From Octopus bimaculoides (Eukaryota): a DNA stretch of 42,883 nucleotides. Of the stretch, positions 1-11,745 are shown piece by piece. Below the pieces are notes generated by a model that worked only from the letters and a program-made list of their open reading frames with translations, ran no database searches and had not been told where the DNA came from. Every line of letters starts with the position of its first letter. Within the stretch, counting starts at the first letter, position 1. The translations under genes and the position numbers were made by a program. The stretch covers positions 49,252,683 to 49,295,565 of the forward strand of contig NC_068983.1 of NCBI RefSeq assembly GCF_001194135.2, written 5' to 3'.

Positions 1-251
1 ATAAATATATATATATATATGTCTGTGTGTATAAAATATATATACATATATTGGAAGGGAGGGGGAAGAGCGAGTAATATCTTATATATTAACAGAGATA
101 TCGTTCATTTATTTCTTTGAGCTTTAGTTTTTTTTCGTCTTTTTGCTGTATCAATTTCCAAGTAGTCTACAAATGATTGGTTCCTTTGTGTCTGAATATA
201 TTAATGCCAATTCGTATATGGGAAACTTGTCTAACTACTAACAAGTCTTAC

Positions 252-311
252 TTATTTTTGCTATAAAATGTCCAGACATTTGAAATATGACCATCAAGAC
301 ATATGTCTGAA
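252..311 (-). other. Candidate exon 3 of a minus-strand gene; may contain the start codon (MVIFQMSGHFIAKI or MSGHFIAKI). The gene would continue off the left edge of the window.
   Basis: Minus-strand acceptor tttctcatctattctag| (alternative ttcag| starts the exon at 306) and donor aataa|gtaagac at 251. In-frame ATGs at 294 and 279 are open to the donor. No homology recognised. Confidence 0.3.
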
Positions 312-539
312 CTAGAATAGATGAGAAACAAATCTACTTTACGCCTGCGTGAATGTCTATCTACACACACTCACGCGCATTCACACAATATGTAATGTTT
401 GTATACATGTGTATCCATGCACTCACACACACACACGTACAAATACATGCACACACATGTATGTACATATGATATATATATATGTGTGTGTGTGTGTGTG
501 TAAATATATATGTATGTATATATATATATATGTCTGTGC

Positions 540-581
<42 letters not shown>

Positions 582-761
582 TGTACATATTTTGTACGTA
601 TGTATATATATATAAATATATATTTCTGTGTGTGTGTTTATACGTGTGTGTGTATGTATAAACGTACGCATGTATCGAAATATAAGCACTTACAGTTTTT
701 ATACAACATTCGCCACACATTACGAATACCCTTATTTCCTTTCGGTCAAGAATCTGCTTAC

Positions 762-878
762 CTTTTAGCTGATTGATCACAAAGTGCGGGGGAAGGGAAT
801 TAAATACACGGTGTCAGTCGATCTAATTGTGGCAGTAGAGGATATCAATGTAGTTATTTGATAGTTTGCATTCGAAAT
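762..878 (-). other. Candidate non-coding (5'UTR) exon 2 of the minus-strand gene
   Basis: Strong acceptor tttgctttctgctgacag| and strong donor aaag|gtaagc; 117 nt; all three frames contain stops. Confidence 0.4.
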
Positions 879-1102
879 CTGTCAGCAGAAAGCAAACTCG
901 TTATCGATTGAATCTATATTTAGAAGTACTGTCTCTTATATTCTCACAACTTATCTTCCTGCTAGCCTGAGTACATGCATTCTTATACGTGCTTCTTATA
1001 CATATGGGCATCCATATAATCATACATACATACATACAAGCATATATACATAGGTATATGTATATTATCACACATAGAGTTTTATATGTGAGTCTATCTA
1101 TC

Positions 1103-1147
<45 letters not shown>

Positions 1148-1660
1148 NNNNNNNNNNNNNNNNNNNNNNNNNNNNNNNNNNNNNNNNNNNNNNNNNNNNN
1201 NNNNNNNNNNNNNNNNNNNNNNNNNNNNNNNNNNNNNNNNNNNNNNNNNNNNNNNNNNNNNNNNNNNNNNNNNNNNNNNNNNNNNNNNNNNNNNNNNNNN
1301 NNNNNNNNNNNNNNNNNNNNNNNNNNNNNNNNNNNNNNNNNNNNNNNNNNNNNNNNNNNNNNNNNNNNNNNNNNNNNNNNNNNNNNNNNNNNNNNNNNNN
1401 NNNNNNNNNNNNNNNNNNNNNNNNNNNNNNNNNNNNNNNNNNNNNNNNNNNNNNNNNNNNNNNNNNNNNNNNNNNNNNNNNNNNNNNNNNNNNNNNNNNN
1501 NNNNNNNNNNNNNNNNNNNNNNNNNATTATAATGGAATAATTACTATGAAGCATTGTGTAGAATATATTGTATAAAAGATCCTAGTTAAAGTCTTGACAA
1601 TGCGAAGCAAATACTAGGTAAATCACAAGAAAACAAATATGTGATTTAATGTAGACCTAC

Positions 1661-1750
1661 CTTGTATTCAATATTTCGAGGCTATGAGCCCAGTTTCAAG
1701 AATTAACGAATGTTGCCGACGAGCATGTGTTTGAGAGTGTGAGTGGTTGA
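1661..1750 (-). other. Candidate first (non-coding) exon of the minus-strand gene; 5' end approximate
   Basis: Donor caag|gtaggt at 1660, lying just downstream (on the minus strand) of a perfect X-box, in unique CpG-containing sequence. Confidence 0.35.
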
Positions 1751-1765
1751 CATGCGCGGAAAGGT

Positions 1766-1779
1766 GTTGCTATAGCAAC
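1766..1779. promoter_or_regulatory. RFX-binding X-box (perfect 14-bp palindrome GTTGCTATAGCAAC)
   Basis: Matches the X-box consensus GTTGCY-N2-RGCAAC; sits about 20-40 bp upstream of the candidate first exon. Confidence 0.55.
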
Positions 1780-1944
1780 CGTCCTAGCTTCCTGTAACTC
1801 TTTTCTGTTGTTGATCTTAGGTTTCTTTTAGTCTATGAGGATGGCCTCAGAGATTCTAAGGTTGCCCCTGTTCCGCTGTATTGCCTTGATGTGCACTGTG
1901 TATATATAATTACATTCATACATACAAACACATAAATGAATGTA

Positions 1945-2320
1945 TGTGTGGTTTCGAATCCCGCTTTGCAAACGCATAGTTTCGAGTTCGGTCCCTCGCG
2001 TTCAATCCCTCTGCCTTGGACAAGTGTCTTCTGCAATAACCCCGGGTTGACCCATACATGTTGAGTGAATTCGGTATAAGAAAACTGTGTGGAAACCCGT
2101 CGCATATATATATGTGTGTCTTCGTCTTAGTATTCGAGTTTTCACTCCACTATGTGGCAACCAATTTTGATATATTTATCTGTAACCTAGCGGTTTAGCC
2201 AAAGGGTTCGATAGAATAACTTCCAGAGTTAAAAACATAAGCACTGTAATCGATTTGGTCAAATAAACCCAATAAGATTGTGCCTCAGCTCTGTATTTCA
2301 ATGATTGAAGCAGATAAAAT
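1945..2320 (+). mobile_element. Decayed tRNA-derived SINE, family A
   Basis: Contains ccttggacaagtgtcttct, gagtgaattcggt...gaaacccgtcg, a (TA/TG) spacer and cgatagaataa, matching better copies at 14401 and 21147. Confidence 0.6.
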
Positions 2321-2399
2321 ATTGGATATTCTCAGCAGGATGCTGGGAAGAGCTTATTTCAAATGATGGCTCAACTCTCGTATTATCATGTAGTATGTA

Positions 2400-2753
2400 A
2401 ATATGTATCGTTAACAAGTTACCAACTTTGCCATCAGGATAAAGGAACAAATACTGCAACAGCTTGGGTTTCAAGGGCTCACAGCTCTTCAAAACCCTCC
2501 CCCAAATCCTCATAGACCTTCATGGGGTGGATACAGGTGTCTTCAAGATAAAACTGGATCGCCTCCTGTCAAGTGTTCTAGATGAGCCTACTTCGCGGCA
2601 AGAAATGCAGATGACGGTAGCATCACCGAACTCATTCATTCACCATATGGCACATATCAGAAGAGGTTTCAAGTAGAAAAGTGTATTAATTCTAATGACG
2701 GTGTCCCACGATGGTCGCACCTCTCGAGCTAAAACTAGTGAAGAAAAGAAAAA
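2400..2753 (+). mobile_element. 3' end of a CR1/L2-group LINE (ORF2 C-terminus plus 3'UTR tail)
   Basis: Translation ...CNSLGFKGSQLFKTLPQILIDLHGVDTGVFKIKLDRLLSSVLDEP...ASPNSFIHHM fits the G-P-x-LFNxLP...FKxxLDxxL..PDEP...NS C-terminal pattern of CR1-group ORF2. It ends in a tail (2697-2753) resembling the SINE A tail. Confidence 0.7.
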
Positions 2754-3018
2754 CGAGACGAATGGAGAGGTTTCTCCGTTACACAGCAGCAAGGCCTAGA
2801 TGATAACTGGAATCACATTTTCAAGGGTCATATTGTGACCTATATGCGGAGATGTCCGATACATCAAATATTTGGATACGTTATTCAGCACATATAGTTT
2901 GTGTATGTGTGAAAGCATTGATAAGTAAATACATACATACTAAAGATATTACACACATAATCAGTAAGTTTTCCACTAACCTACTCATACTTTTTAACAA
3001 TGACCATATGGCCAATCC

Positions 3019-3037
3019 ATAAACACACACACACACA

Positions 3038-3101
<64 letters not shown>

Positions 3102-3230
3102 CACATGCAAACGACGAAAATGACAGCGAGTCCTGTGTTTCCTATAGTTAACACACGACGCTTCATTCATAGCTTTTTAACTCATTAATTTATTCGTGAA
3201 TTTATTTATCATTAGTTTTCATTACTTTAT

Positions 3231-3293
<63 letters not shown>

Positions 3294-3318
3294 TGCATAC
3301 AAACACACACACACACAC
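3019..3318. repeat. Two compound (CA)n/(CT)n microsatellites
   Basis: (AC)n then (TC)n at 3019-3098; (TC)n and (AC)n at 3232-3318. Confidence 0.9.
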
Positions 3319-3600
3319 ATTACGCGTGCGGCACTCTGGAATTTGACATCACTAATTCACCAAAACTATCACATCAAACCATAATTAACCATTCACATGC
3401 AAACGTGCATGCAAGCATTACACACACTCACGCACTCTCAGCACGCACGCACGTACTATATGTGACACCCAATATGTCGAATTACCTAGTGTCTGCGAAA
3501 CTTGTACGCATGCGCTCACAGTACAACTCTTGAAAGATCTGAACCCAGGTCACTATCTGCTACTATTGAATTTAAGTGTATTACTATTCGTGAATATGTA

Positions 3601-3794
3601 CCGTTTTTGATGGTATAAAAAAGACACGGGTATACAAAACGCGACCCAAATTCAGAAGCGCATACACAGGAAATATTATTTTCGATGTATTAAAGTTTAT
3701 GGAAGACCCAACATCGCATGCAGGACCTCGAGTGAATTTCTTGAAACATTTTGAGTGGAGAACAGTGCGTCTTATATGTCGGCATAAAATACGG
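3601..3794. mobile_element. Degenerate pogo/Tigger-like MITE
   Basis: Left end ta|ccgtttttgatggtataaaaaagacac; right end gtgcgtcttatatgtcggcataaaatacgg|ca (reverse complement ccgtattttatgccgacatataagacgcac). Imperfect TIRs with a TA/CA flank. Confidence 0.5.
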
Positions 3795-4976
3795 CATTCA
3801 TATTTATAACACGATTACGCGTACAAGCTTTACACTGTGGTATATATAATCAAACATTTATCTCTATTGGGAACAGCGTTTGGTGGAGATATTTTTCTTC
3901 AAAATTTACCGTATTAAACAACGAATCTGTCAGATGTTACACTTCTACCTTTTCCTTTTAAGTTTCTTCATATTAACTTATTAGAATTTTACACTGCGTC
4001 TGAATTAATTACAGTTCTAGAGCCATTAACGTTTTCGAAAGTTTCGTGCTCTCATCTTCTGAATGGTGTGGCGTGGTTTTTTCAATTATTGCCGTATTTT
4101 TTTGAAGCAGACAGCACGCACCATGGGTTTTATGTTGGAACTGATAAAAATCAACATCATCTGATTTAAAAATGTGTTTAGCTGTTATCTCTACATTACG
4201 TTCATAATTTATTGCTTAGTCTCTGTCTGTATTCATTGATTTTGGTTTATATTTTACTACTAGTAAAGTTTCCATGGTAAATCTAGCTTTCTTTTTTTTT
4301 TATCGAATTCTCTATAGGTTGATTATATTTTCAACGAATCATTGCTACTATCGAATTTTGTTTCGCGTTCTCTTTTAACAGACCTGTGCAGTATTAGGTT
4401 CTTGTTAGAAATGCATGACCAACCGACGAGAAAATCTTATACTTTAGTCCGTTGAAACAGTTTCAATTCTGAAGTTTATACCTTTCATGTTTACACTGAA
4501 ATTTGTATATAAAGCGGTTGACTGAAGTATGTTCATTGCCTTGCAGGTTTATGCTTTTATACTGATGAGGAAGTTTTTTGATCCTGGTGTTTTAGCAATA
4601 TATACTTACTGAGCTTGTGGCTAGGCGAAATATATTGTCTGTGTATTGTTTATTACATTTTTAATGAGGTACACAGTATATCATACTATGTGTGATTTCG
4701 ATACATTCATTCGTACTTGTAATATATAAGCGAGTTTGAATTTGTTTTGTATTGTAGTACAGATTGGTCTACTAACGTACATCTCTTATACGTAGTGTTT
4801 GTGTAATACGTGGCAATTTATGTCTTTAATGTACAGCCTCGTACAATTATTGAAAGAATCAAAGGCATATATATTTATATATTTTATGAATGAAAATCCG
4901 TATTCCGAAAACGTTCTTGCATGAACTTATTCATCTTAATTTGTTTTAATATTACACTCGATACACGTGTATTTTC

Positions 4977-5046
<70 letters not shown>

Positions 5047-5062
5047 TTATCTATCTATCAGC
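4977..5062. repeat. (ATCT)n tetranucleotide microsatellite
   Basis: Direct reading. Confidence 0.95.
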
Positions 5063-5260
5063 CTACCAGCCTATCAATCTATTTCTCTATATATCTTACT
5101 TCACACTCAGGCACGCACGTTCACATACACGTGCACGTTCACACACGCTCACACACAAGCACGCACATACACACGCATAGCCATTCTTTTTTTTTTCCCT
5201 TCTATTTAACATTGCAATATTGGGGCTGAATGCGTTCATGAATGGACGCATAAAGTATCA

Positions 5261-5300
<40 letters not shown>

Positions 5301-5671
5301 CTTTGAAAAGAAAAAATCTATATATTTCGTCTTTTTTGTGCACAATCACATATTTTTATTCAAATCTATTTCTACACATGTAACAATCAAATGTGTCCTG
5401 TTTTTAGTGCCGTTTTTTTTTTTTTCATGTGTCTTTTTACCATTTTCCGAAATGTATCAAGTAAAGAAAGAGGGTAATTATAGCCAAAGGTATATCAAAA
5501 AGCGTGTTGAAGCATAGCGAAAAAATGAAAAGAGAAGAAAAGGAAGGGAATGCTAAAACAGTCAGAGAGATTGAACTGTTATAGTGAGGAGTTGTGTTGG
5601 TTGAATGGAGGAAACACGGGAAAGTTGCTTGTTTCTTTTATTGAAGAAATTTGTCCTATACGCACATTATG

Positions 5672-5778
5672 CAAGGTGTCCACAAAGCCCGGGTACATGA
5701 GATTAACACATACTTTAAGAAATTATTATTTCTTATATTTAATTGTTTATGTTGTGATTTTATTTACTCCATGTAGCC
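5672..5778. mobile_element. Partial copy of the Tc1/mariner-type MITE at 5798-5924
   Basis: Same left TIR and interior; stops at the start of the right TIR (ccatgtag). Confidence 0.75.
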
Positions 5779-5797
5779 ACATGGGGATTAACACATA

Positions 5798-5924
5798 CAG
5801 GGTGTCCACAAAGTCTAGGTACATGGAGATTAACACATACATTAAGAAATTATTATTTCTTATATTCAATTGTTAATGTTATAATTTTATTTACTCCCTG
5901 TACCCAGACTTTGTGGACACCCTG
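5798..5924. mobile_element. Complete 127-bp Tc1/mariner-type MITE with TA target-site duplication
   Basis: TIRs cagggtgtccacaaagtctaggtaca / tgtacccagactttgtggacaccctg (25 of 26 match); TA at 5796-5797 and 5925-5926. Confidence 0.9.
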
Positions 5925-6072
5925 TAGATGAGTCATAAGTTTCGATTCTCATTGGTGATAATACGTTTTCGTATTCTCCTTAATTTCATATACATAATAC
6001 ATATAATACATACATACATACATACATACATACATACATACATACATACATACACACATACANNNNNNNNNN

Positions 6073-6120
<48 letters not shown>

Positions 6121-6450
6121 ATATATATATATATATGTATGTGCGTGTGTATGTGTGTGTACCTATGTATATATAGGCATTCAACTATGAGTCCACTGCA
6201 TCTTATAGCAGAAGAAAACTGTAAGGTAATGAAATTCATGCGACAATCATGTATTCCATTTTCGGTATCATTTTCTTATTATCGCTCTATACTCGACTAA
6301 TGCTCATCGTTCTGAAGCATAAATATGTTGAGTTCTACATCACGTTATTTTAATTGAGTGCCTGAGTAACATATTGTAGCTTCATCGCAGCCTCGATATG
6401 AAGTGCAATTTAAATAGGGAAAGAATTACACTTCATATGTATATATGTTT

Positions 6451-6482
<32 letters not shown>

Positions 6483-7425
6483 TATATATATNNNNNNNNN
6501 NNNNNNNNNNNNNNNNNNNNNNNNNNNNNNNNNNNNNNNNNNNNNNNNNNNNNNNNNNNNNNNNNNNNNNNNNNNNNNNNNNNNNNNNNNNNNNNNNNNN
6601 NNNNNNNNNNNNNNNNNNNNNNNNNNNNNNNNNNNNNNNNNNNNNNNNNNNNNNNNNNNNNNNNNNNNNNNNNNNNNNNNNNNNNNNNNNNNNNNNNNNN
6701 NNNNNNNNNNNNNNNNNNNNNNNNNNNNNNNNNNNNNNNNNNNNNNNNNNNNNNNNNNNNNNNNNNNNNNNNNNNNNNNNNNNNNNNNNNNNNNNNNNNN
6801 NNNNNNNNNNNNNNNNNNNNNNNNNNNNNNNNNNNNNNNNNNNNNNNNNNNNNNNNNNNNNNNNNNNNNNNNNNNNNNNNNNNNNNNNNNNNNNNNNNNN
6901 NNNNNNNNNNNNNNNNNNNNNNNNNNNNNNNNNNNNNNNNNNNNNNNNNNNNNNNNNNNNNNNNNNNNNNNNNNNNNNNNNNNNNNNNNNNNNNNNNNNN
7001 NNNNNNNNNNNNNNNNNNNNNNNNNNNNNNNNNNNNNNNNNNNNNNNNNNNNNNNNNNNNNNNNNNNNNNNNNNNNNNNNNNNNNNNNNNNNNNNNNNNN
7101 NNNNNNNNNNNNNNNNNNNNNNNNNNNNNNNNNNNNNNNNNNNNNNNNNNNNNNNNNNNNNNNNNNNNNNNNNNNNNNNNNNNNNNNNNNNNNNNNNNNN
7201 NNNNNNNNNNNNNNNNNNNNNNNNNNNNNNNNNNNNNNNNNNNNNNNNNNNNNNNNNNNNNNNNNNNNNNNNNNNNNNNNNNNNNNNNNNNNNNNNNNNN
7301 NNNNNNNNNNNNNNNNNNNNNNNNNNNNNNNNNNNNNNNNNNNNNNNNNNNNNNNNNNNNNNNNNNNNNNNNNNNNNNNNNNNNNNNNNNNNNNNNNNNN
7401 NNNNNNNNNNNNTATGGTATGTATG

Positions 7426-7586
7426 TAAGGTGAATAAAATCAAACTAAGCAACAAGATTTCAAGTTGTAATGCAGTACGACCGTTTTAAGCGACTCCATT
7501 AACTTCAATGAGATGGAACCGCTTGAAACGGTCGTACTGCATTAGTACTTGAAATTATGTTGCTTAGTTTTATTTTATTCCCCTTA
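7426..7586. mobile_element. Fully palindromic (hairpin) MITE, about 160 bp
   Basis: Left arm taaggtgaataaaatcaaactaagcaac...gcagtacgaccgttttaagcgactccat pairs with atggaaccgcttgaaacggtcgtactgc...gttgcttagttttattttattcccctta across a short loop; TA ends. Confidence 0.85.
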
Positions 7587-7957
7587 TACACACACACACA
7601 CACACACACACACGTATGTACCTTGTGTTTATGTATATTCCTCTGCATAGAGACAGAGAAAGATATAGTTATATAAAAATTAACACAGGTATATAAGTAT
7701 ATATATATATGTATGTGTACATATATGTATGTATGTATGCATGAGTGTATGTATGTGTGTATGTGTGTGTGTGCGTGTGTGTGACTTCGTTATCTACACG
7801 ATATATCTCCAGGTCCTTTAACATCATACAATCCAGGAAATTCATAACGTGGTGGAAACAATCAATATATGTAAATCATTTTGAAGACTCCAGGGTCATT
7901 TCAACCTTTGTTTTCGTCATATATGTACTGGTGGGAAAAAAGCATGCCTTTTCCTCT

Positions 7958-7999
<42 letters not shown>

Positions 8000-8188
8000 A
8001 CACACATACACACACACGTATATGTTGCTTTGGTGTGCGCGTGTATGTGTGTTTCTATGCACATAGATCGACAAATACACACATTGGTATATATATATAT
8101 ATAGATATATCTATATATATATGTATATATGTATTTATGTATATATATGTACACATGTTTATATATAAACATGTACATATATATATAT

Positions 8189-8228
<40 letters not shown>

Positions 8229-8273
8229 TATATGTATATATATATATAAATANNNNNNNNNNTATTTAGAGAG

Positions 8274-8277
8274 ACAG

Positions 8278-8341
<64 letters not shown>

Positions 8342-8342
8342 T
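8274..8342. repeat. (AGAT)n microsatellite
   Basis: Direct reading. Confidence 0.95.
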
Positions 8343-8816
8343 AAGTTAGATAGATTAAGAGATATTTTTACAAAGGGAAACATATGAATACACGTATTAG
8401 TTTAGAAAAAAAATAATGCATAGCGTCAGAAAAACGCACGAAGAGCAGATTATTCTAAATTTATCCAAATTACTGTCAAAAATAGGTGGAAACAAACTTG
8501 ACACGTTTAATTTGTAAACAGATTTGAAATGACAACTTAGTATACATATGTATAGCTATGTTAATGCATCAGGCTCCATAAGAATAGGTTTTTACTTGTG
8601 TTTATAAATGAAAAGTGTTACGTGTGCTTCTACACACTTTTACATTCACACAGATATTTTTGTGAATCTGTCTATCGATATATTCACGCACACAAAATAA
8701 GAACGTTTGTGACTGTAATATATACATTCATACGAGTATAATACATACGTACATAGATATGTAGATATGTGTATGTATGTATGGTGTGCATGTATGTATG
8801 GTGTGTATGTATGTGA

Positions 8817-9100
8817 AGGCACTTGGCTCATTTGTTAGAGCGTCGGGCTTACAATCACGAGGTAGTGTGTTATGTTTTTTTTCGTTAAAACTCTTTATTT
8901 CACGTTGCTCTTGTTTACTAAGCTATAGAAATGAGTTGTGACGTCATCGATGCCAAGCTCTATCGGCTTTTGCCTTTCCCTTGGATAGTACTGTTGGCAT
9001 GGAGAGGTTATACATGGGTGATTGTTGGTCTTCCATGAACAACCTTGCTCGGACTTGTACCTCGGAGGGGAACTTTCTAGGTGCAATCCTACTTCATTTG
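8817..9100 (+). mobile_element. tRNA-derived SINE, family D
   Basis: tRNA-like head ggcacttggctcatttgttagagcgtcgggcttacaatcacgagg (A-box-like; B-box region deleted), body ctttatttcacgttgct...gctatagaaatgagttg, tail ggaactttctaggtgcaatcc. Confidence 0.65.
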
Positions 9101-9758
9101 TGATTGATAAGTGTCTTTAACCTTTACCCTTATATATTCATGTGTGTTGTTTGTGTGTGTGTGTGCGTGAAGATAAATTCGTGCCCAAATATACCTGGGT
9201 GCGATTCACATATGTACACATATATGTGGTTATATATTTACAGACGTATATGAGCATTTATATATATATATATATATATNNNNNNNNNNNNNNNNNNNNN
9301 NNNNNNNNNNNNNNNNNNNNNNNNNNNNNNNNNNNNNNNNNNNNNNNNNNNNNNNNNNNNNNNNNNNNNNNNNNNNNNNNNNNNNNNNNNNNNNNNNNNN
9401 NNNNNNNNNNNNNNNNNNNNNNNNNNNNNNNNNNNNNNNNNNNNNNNNNNNNNNNNNNNNNNNNNNNNNNNNNNNNNNNNNNNNNNNNNNNNNNNNNNNN
9501 NNNNNNNNNNNNNNNNNNNNNNNNNNNNNNNNNNNNNNNNNNNNNNNNNNNNNNNNNNNNNNNNNNNNNNNNNNNNNNNNNNNNNNNNNNNNNNNNNNNN
9601 NNNNNNNNNNNNNNNNNNNNNNNNNNNNNNNNNNNNNNNNNNNNNNNNNNNNNNNNNNNNNNNNNNNNNNNNNNNNNNNNNNNNNNNNNNNNNNNNNNNN
9701 NNNNNNNNNNNNNNNNNNNNNNNNNNNNNNNNNNNNNNNNNNNNNNNNNNNNNNNNNA

Positions 9759-9865
9759 CCAGGCCGTAAAGTAAATACTGGACTGAGTTCGACTAAACTT
9801 ATCATGGCGGTGCCCAATCATGGTCGCAATCTAGTGACTGAAACAAGTAAAAGAGGAAAAGAATA
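9759..9865 (+). mobile_element. SINE family A 3' tail (the rest is probably in the N-gap)
   Basis: gttcgactaaa...ggcggtgcccaatcatggtcgcaatctagtgactgaaacaagtaaaag matches the tail at 21147-21195. Confidence 0.75.
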
Positions 9866-9883
9866 TTTACATATATTTAATGT

Positions 9884-10085
9884 GGCGAGCTAGCAGAATC
9901 GTCACCGCAACGAGCAAGAAGCGCTTCGTCCTTCTTCATGATTTAAATTCAAATTCCGCCGAGTTCGCCCTTGCCTTTCATCCTTTCGGGCTCATAAAAA
10001 TAAGTGTCAGTTGAACACTAGGGTCGAAGTGATCGACGTAGACCCTCCTCGAAATTGCTGGCCTTGTGTCAAAATTTGAAATCAA
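9884..10085 (+). mobile_element. SINE family B with alternative tail (iii)
   Basis: Head ggcgagctagcagaatcg, core aattccgccgagttcgcccttgcctttcatcctttcggg, tail ccctcctcgaaattgctggccttgtgtcaaaatttgaaa. Confidence 0.75.
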
Positions 10086-10089
10086 CATA

Positions 10090-10314
10090 CAGGTTTTGCC
10101 AAAAGTCACCAGACACTAAATCAAAACCCCATTAAATTCCACAGATTAAAACCAAGAATTATTTTATATGAGATTTCGTTAATAAATAGACAAATGTTGA
10201 AAAAATAAACGGTGATTTTTAGCTCACATCATTCAATTATTAAACATTCATAACTGGACTGAATAAATAAAATTGAATATTAAGTATTTATAGAATTTCG
10301 ATTGGACAACACTG
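10090..10314. mobile_element. Tc1/mariner-type MITE related to the one at 22545-22759
   Basis: ta|caggttttgccaaaa ... ttggacaacactg|ta; shares the interior aaataaacggtgattttagc...attcaattattaaacattcataa...gaataaataaaattgaatatt with the 22.5-kb copy. Confidence 0.7.
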
Positions 10315-11176
10315 TATGCATTTATACCGTGTACGTTTATTTGTGACGGAGAGCACGAAAATGCAAAAGTATGTAACTGGGTTTTTTGAATTTTTTGAAA
10401 CAATTTTGCGTGGGAAAATTTTAAATGCTGTCCAAAAAATATTTCTAAGTTACTGAAATAATTTCTTCGTGGACAGAGAAATTAATGAAAAATATCCTAT
10501 TCATTGGTCGTGTGTCTGAATAAAAATGGAGTAAAATTTCACTAATGCACAAAAAAAGAAGTAAAGAATCTCACAGCAAATCAAATATCTAAGAACTCAG
10601 GACTGACAGACTTTACTTCATAAGTCAAAGGACACCTAGGAATACATCATCAGTATACGTCATCATCGTAGCTTTGTCTTCTCGTCTGCGAATCAAAGAT
10701 ACAAGTTTAACCCTTGTAAGAAAAAACAAAATGGTTGAAATCGTCGTCTAATGTGACTTGCATAATTATAAGAAAAAAATTGTGAAGAGAAATAACTTGG
10801 CTCGGCTTTGTTATACAAATTTTATTCTATAGGATCTTAGTTGTTTTCTCTTAGACGCTTTTCGCTTGAACTGTGTGCGAGTGTAAGTGTGTGTTTGTGT
10901 GTGTGTGCGTGTGTGTGTCCGTCCGCGCGCCTAAGTATTATTGTGTAAATAGAGAGGGAGAAAAAGACAGGGAAATTAATGGTTTAATTAAGAAGTGTCT
11001 TCCCGCTGATTTCAAGGATAGTTGGCTTCTATTTCGAGCAGCTCCAGTGTCTCCTTACGTCAACACTTCTGTGTTTGTTTTGTAACACATATTCATGTTG
11101 GAAACTAAAATTTTATTAGCGTTATACCATCATATTCAAATACTTTTTAACGAAATAATCATATACAATAGAATCG

Positions 11177-11745
11177 CAGACATGGCTGTCTGCATAAGTA
11201 GCTCATTTTGCAATCACGTGGTTTTTTGGCTTAGTTCTTCTGCGCGGCATCTTGGGTAAGTGTCTTTTACAATAGCCTCAGGCCGACTAATGCATTGTGA
11301 GTGTATTTGCTAGCAGCCAGTTGTGTGTATGTTTGCATATGTGCGTGTGTATNNNNNNNNNNNNNNNNNNNNNNNNNNNNNNNNNNNNNNNNNNNNNNNN
11401 NNNNNNNNNNNNNNNNNNNNNNNNNNNNNNNNNNNNNNNNNNNNNNNNNNNNNNNNNNNNNNNNNNNNNNNNNNNNNNNNNNNNNNNNNNNNNNNNNNNN
11501 NNNNNNNNNNNNAGTGTATTTGCTAGCAGCCAGTTGTGTGTATGTTTGCATATGTGCGTGTGTATGTGTGTTTGTGTTTGTGTTTAATTCATCACCGCCA
11601 CCATCTCCATCACCCCTACTTGACAACCAATGTTGGTTTGTTTATTTAGCAGATTAGCGGTTATGTAAAAGTGACCAATAGAATACGTACCAGACTTTAA
11701 AAAAATAAGTACTGGTATGATCTGTTCAACTAAAGATCTTGAATT
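11177..11745 (+). mobile_element. Decayed SINE family A spanning an N-gap
   Basis: catcttgggtaagtgtctt...gcctcaggccgacta, cttgacaaccaatgttggt, ttagcggtt, aataagtactgg. Confidence 0.65.

Noticed and set aside
349-1554. ORFs rich in YI/CV/HT, and similar ORFs throughout the window including all X-containing ones
   Set aside because: They are translations of (TA)n, (CA)n and (ATCT)n microsatellites and N-gaps.
4556-4615. C/D snoRNA-like TGATGA...CTGA pair; also possible terminal exons after the acceptors at 4380 and 4546
   Set aside because: There is no terminal stem, only about 50 nt between boxes and no recognisable guide; the exon peptides (GLCFYTDEEVF*, VYAFILMRK...) are unrecognised.
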